Origin: Cirrosporium novae-zelandiae
Lineage: Eukaryota
Assembly: GCA_026023565.1 (NCBI GenBank)
Contig: JAPETS010000029.1
Coordinates: forward strand, 248,001-312,000
Direction of reading: 5' to 3'
Length of the DNA: 64,000 bases
The position numbers were made by a program, and so were the translations under genes. This document shows positions 61,930-64,000 of the stretch, piece after piece. The notes under the pieces were generated by a model. It was not told the DNA's origin, ran no database searches, and worked only from the letters and a program-made list of their open reading frames with translations. Position 1 is the first letter of the stretch, and the number at the start of each line of letters is the position of its first letter.

Positions 61930-63524
61930 TTACACCTCACCAACATAAACCTGGAGCGGATGCCACAAACAAGGATATGGACCCACCATCGCTTCTCGAT
62001 AATGAGCGAGAGCACCCGCAGCCCGACCGATGGTGCTGAAAAGCATGTGGAAGTTTGGTGAGATGCCCCTATTTTTTTGCAAAGTAAAGATTAGTCACAT
62101 ACATAAATCGGAGAGAGAGTAGGAAGGAGCGTATAAGACGTACATAGCCTTATAAACAAAACTGGCAAATAAATCGGCATTACACCTCAAATGGCGGCTA
62201 GTAAAATACTCATCCTTATTCGCGATGCGATCGATTTCCATAGCTGTATCGAGTGTGGGATCGTTCGTCGGGTATTTCTCGCGCAGGTCCGCGAGGATGC
62301 GGCGGATGATGACGGAGCGGGGATCCGTAGTTTTGTAGACACGGTGACCGTATCCAAAAAGACGAAGTTCTTTTCTTTTTACTTTTTCAATGAGCGCCGG
62401 GACGTTCTCGGGGGAGCCGACAGCCTTGATCTGCGTGTATGCCACTTCAATTGCACCGCCGTGGAGGATTCCATGGCCACATAGGAGACAGGAAGCAACT
62501 GATGATAGCGGATCTGTGAGACTGGAGGCGGTGTTAAGAAGTTGGTTTGTGGAATTTGTGAGTTCGTGATCGGCGCTCAAGAGCCACATTTTCTCAAGGG
62601 CGTGCACATGCACGGGGTCTGGGCGACCGGTTTTGGGATCGTCATGACCGATCATGTGAAGGAAGTTTTCAGGGTAGCTGAAAGAAGGGGAGGGGGGCGT
62701 AAAGGGGATGTTGTGGGCATGGCAGTATGCGATTGCAACGGTGGTTACGTAGGTTGATAGGGCGCGGGGCAATTCCTGGTCTACGCGAGACAGGTTGCCG
62801 AGGTAGATGTTCTTGCCGGACATGGAGGGAACAGAGGATGGCTTTGAAGCAATGGCGGCTGAGAGGCCGGCGATTACCATCATTATTGGGGAGTCATTTT
62901 GACTGGAGAGAGTTGTTAGTAGGGGGGTGGGTTTGAGGGTAAAGATTTTTGGAGGCCTACTCGAAGCCCCTGATGACATCAAAGACTGTCTGAGGCTGAG
63001 GAGGTACTGCGCTGATGCTGTTGGCGAATCTTGTCGCTTCTTGGGGCGTGGGAAGATGACCGAAGATGAGAAGACTGGCAACTTCGAGGTAGGAATGATC
63101 CCATACGAGATCTTGGAGATGGATTCCTCGGAATTGAATGGTACCTTTCTTTCCATCTCTATGGTTGGTATTAGTGGATTTTCAAGATTACTAGGGATGC
63201 TTTCAATACTGACACGTAGGTAATCTCGGATTTCGTGACTGCAGTGTTCATGAACCCAGGGTCAAGCACACGAATACCATTTTCGGTCTGATCAGCAGGG
63301 TGTCTGGGATCTGATGGAGCTATCATCTGCTTGAATGCAGTCGCAGGGATGGAGTTTTGTTCGATAGGAATCCTATATGTTCGACCGGTGCGGTGATCCT
63401 TTACCGTGAGATATAGGCCTGAGGCGATTGAACCCACCAAAGAGACTTTGTGGTAAAAGGTAGCCTTGTATGACATATACCTCTTGTAGGCATATTGGAG
63501 AAATTGTGTATGTGATTGAAACAT
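61930..63524 (-). CDS. Citrate synthase-like enzyme (bacterial-type / alkylcitrate-synthase-like), 4 exons; start at 63524 or 63476
   Basis: VLDPGFMNTAVTKSEITY-VDGKKGTIQFRG, ADHELTNST, LHGGA, FGYGHRVYKTTDPR, NADLF and a final exon RAAGALAHYREAM...LWHPLQVYVGEV-stop. Catalytic His, His and Asp are present. Confidence 0.85.
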
Positions 63525-64000
63525 CTTGACCAATTGACCGACTTGAATACCAAGCCAAATGTAGATGAATGAAGAATATGAATAAGGAGAGCTACTTGAG
63601 AGATTCAAGCTGTGTGTAGTAAGAAATGTTAGAGCTCGACAGCAATCCTCGAGTGTTTAAATACTCGATTTGAACGCCATATAAGGCCATATATATCAAG
63701 GAGAGCGCCGAGATAGGATCAAACAGTAGTATCATAATCAAGACTAGCGAAAAAGACAGTAAACTTGAGATTTTGACCGAGCATGATCTGACCAAAGGAC
63801 TCATTATCCCGCTCATGTCTGCTCCTCTAGAGCAATAGATGCATGTATTCGTGGCATAACTGACTTGGCAAAGCTTTGAACATTGGCTAGATGTGGCAAT
63901 CGAGTATTCGCGATTGAGCAACAGATAACGGGGATGCAAATATCTCCTTAGGGCTTTGCACAGGAGTTGTTCTCACGTCCTTCAGAATATGATAGTGGGG

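Noticed and set aside
62960..63156. N-terminal part of the 353-aa ORF (MERKVPFNSEES...)
   Set aside because: Wrong frame; the real exon reads DGKKGTIQFRG...LLIFGHLP in another frame and splices into the ORF, so no frameshift is needed.
1..64000. tRNA, rRNA, CRISPR arrays and intact transposons
   Set aside because: No cloverleaf, rRNA signature, repeat-spacer array, or transposase/reverse-transcriptase ORF was recognised by eye; tRNAscan-SE and Infernal would be needed to exclude them.

Overview
Intron-containing genomic DNA of a filamentous ascomycete (short GT-AG introns, CTRAY branch points). It is mostly housekeeping genes: a cyclophilin 5' exon, an LMBR1-type cobalamin transporter, two amino-acid permeases, TAZ1, YAF9, TRS20, RPD3, RPN11, TIM50, an F-box-like/propeller protein ending in CaaX, a GRDP/DUF1399 protein, a RING-H2 ligase, an oxysterol-binding protein, a Het-C protein, RPL23 and a citrate-synthase-like gene. 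Between TRS20 and RPD3 lies a two-gene secondary-metabolite locus: an intronless 3425-aa NRPS (A-T-C-A-T-C-A-T-R) divergent from an MFS efflux pump. The main observations are: (i) the neighbouring RPD3 deacetylase has a two-residue insertion (GE-DC-DCPVF) in the inhibitor-contacting L2 loop, a possible but unproven self-resistance signature; (ii) the 365-nt first intron of RPL23 has nested inverted repeats predicting a long hairpin; (iii) there is a spliced orphan gene at about 3.5-4.2 kb; (iv) the citrate-synthase-like gene at the right edge is of the type found in alkylcitrate clusters. All gene models and family calls were made by eye from motifs; no searches were run.
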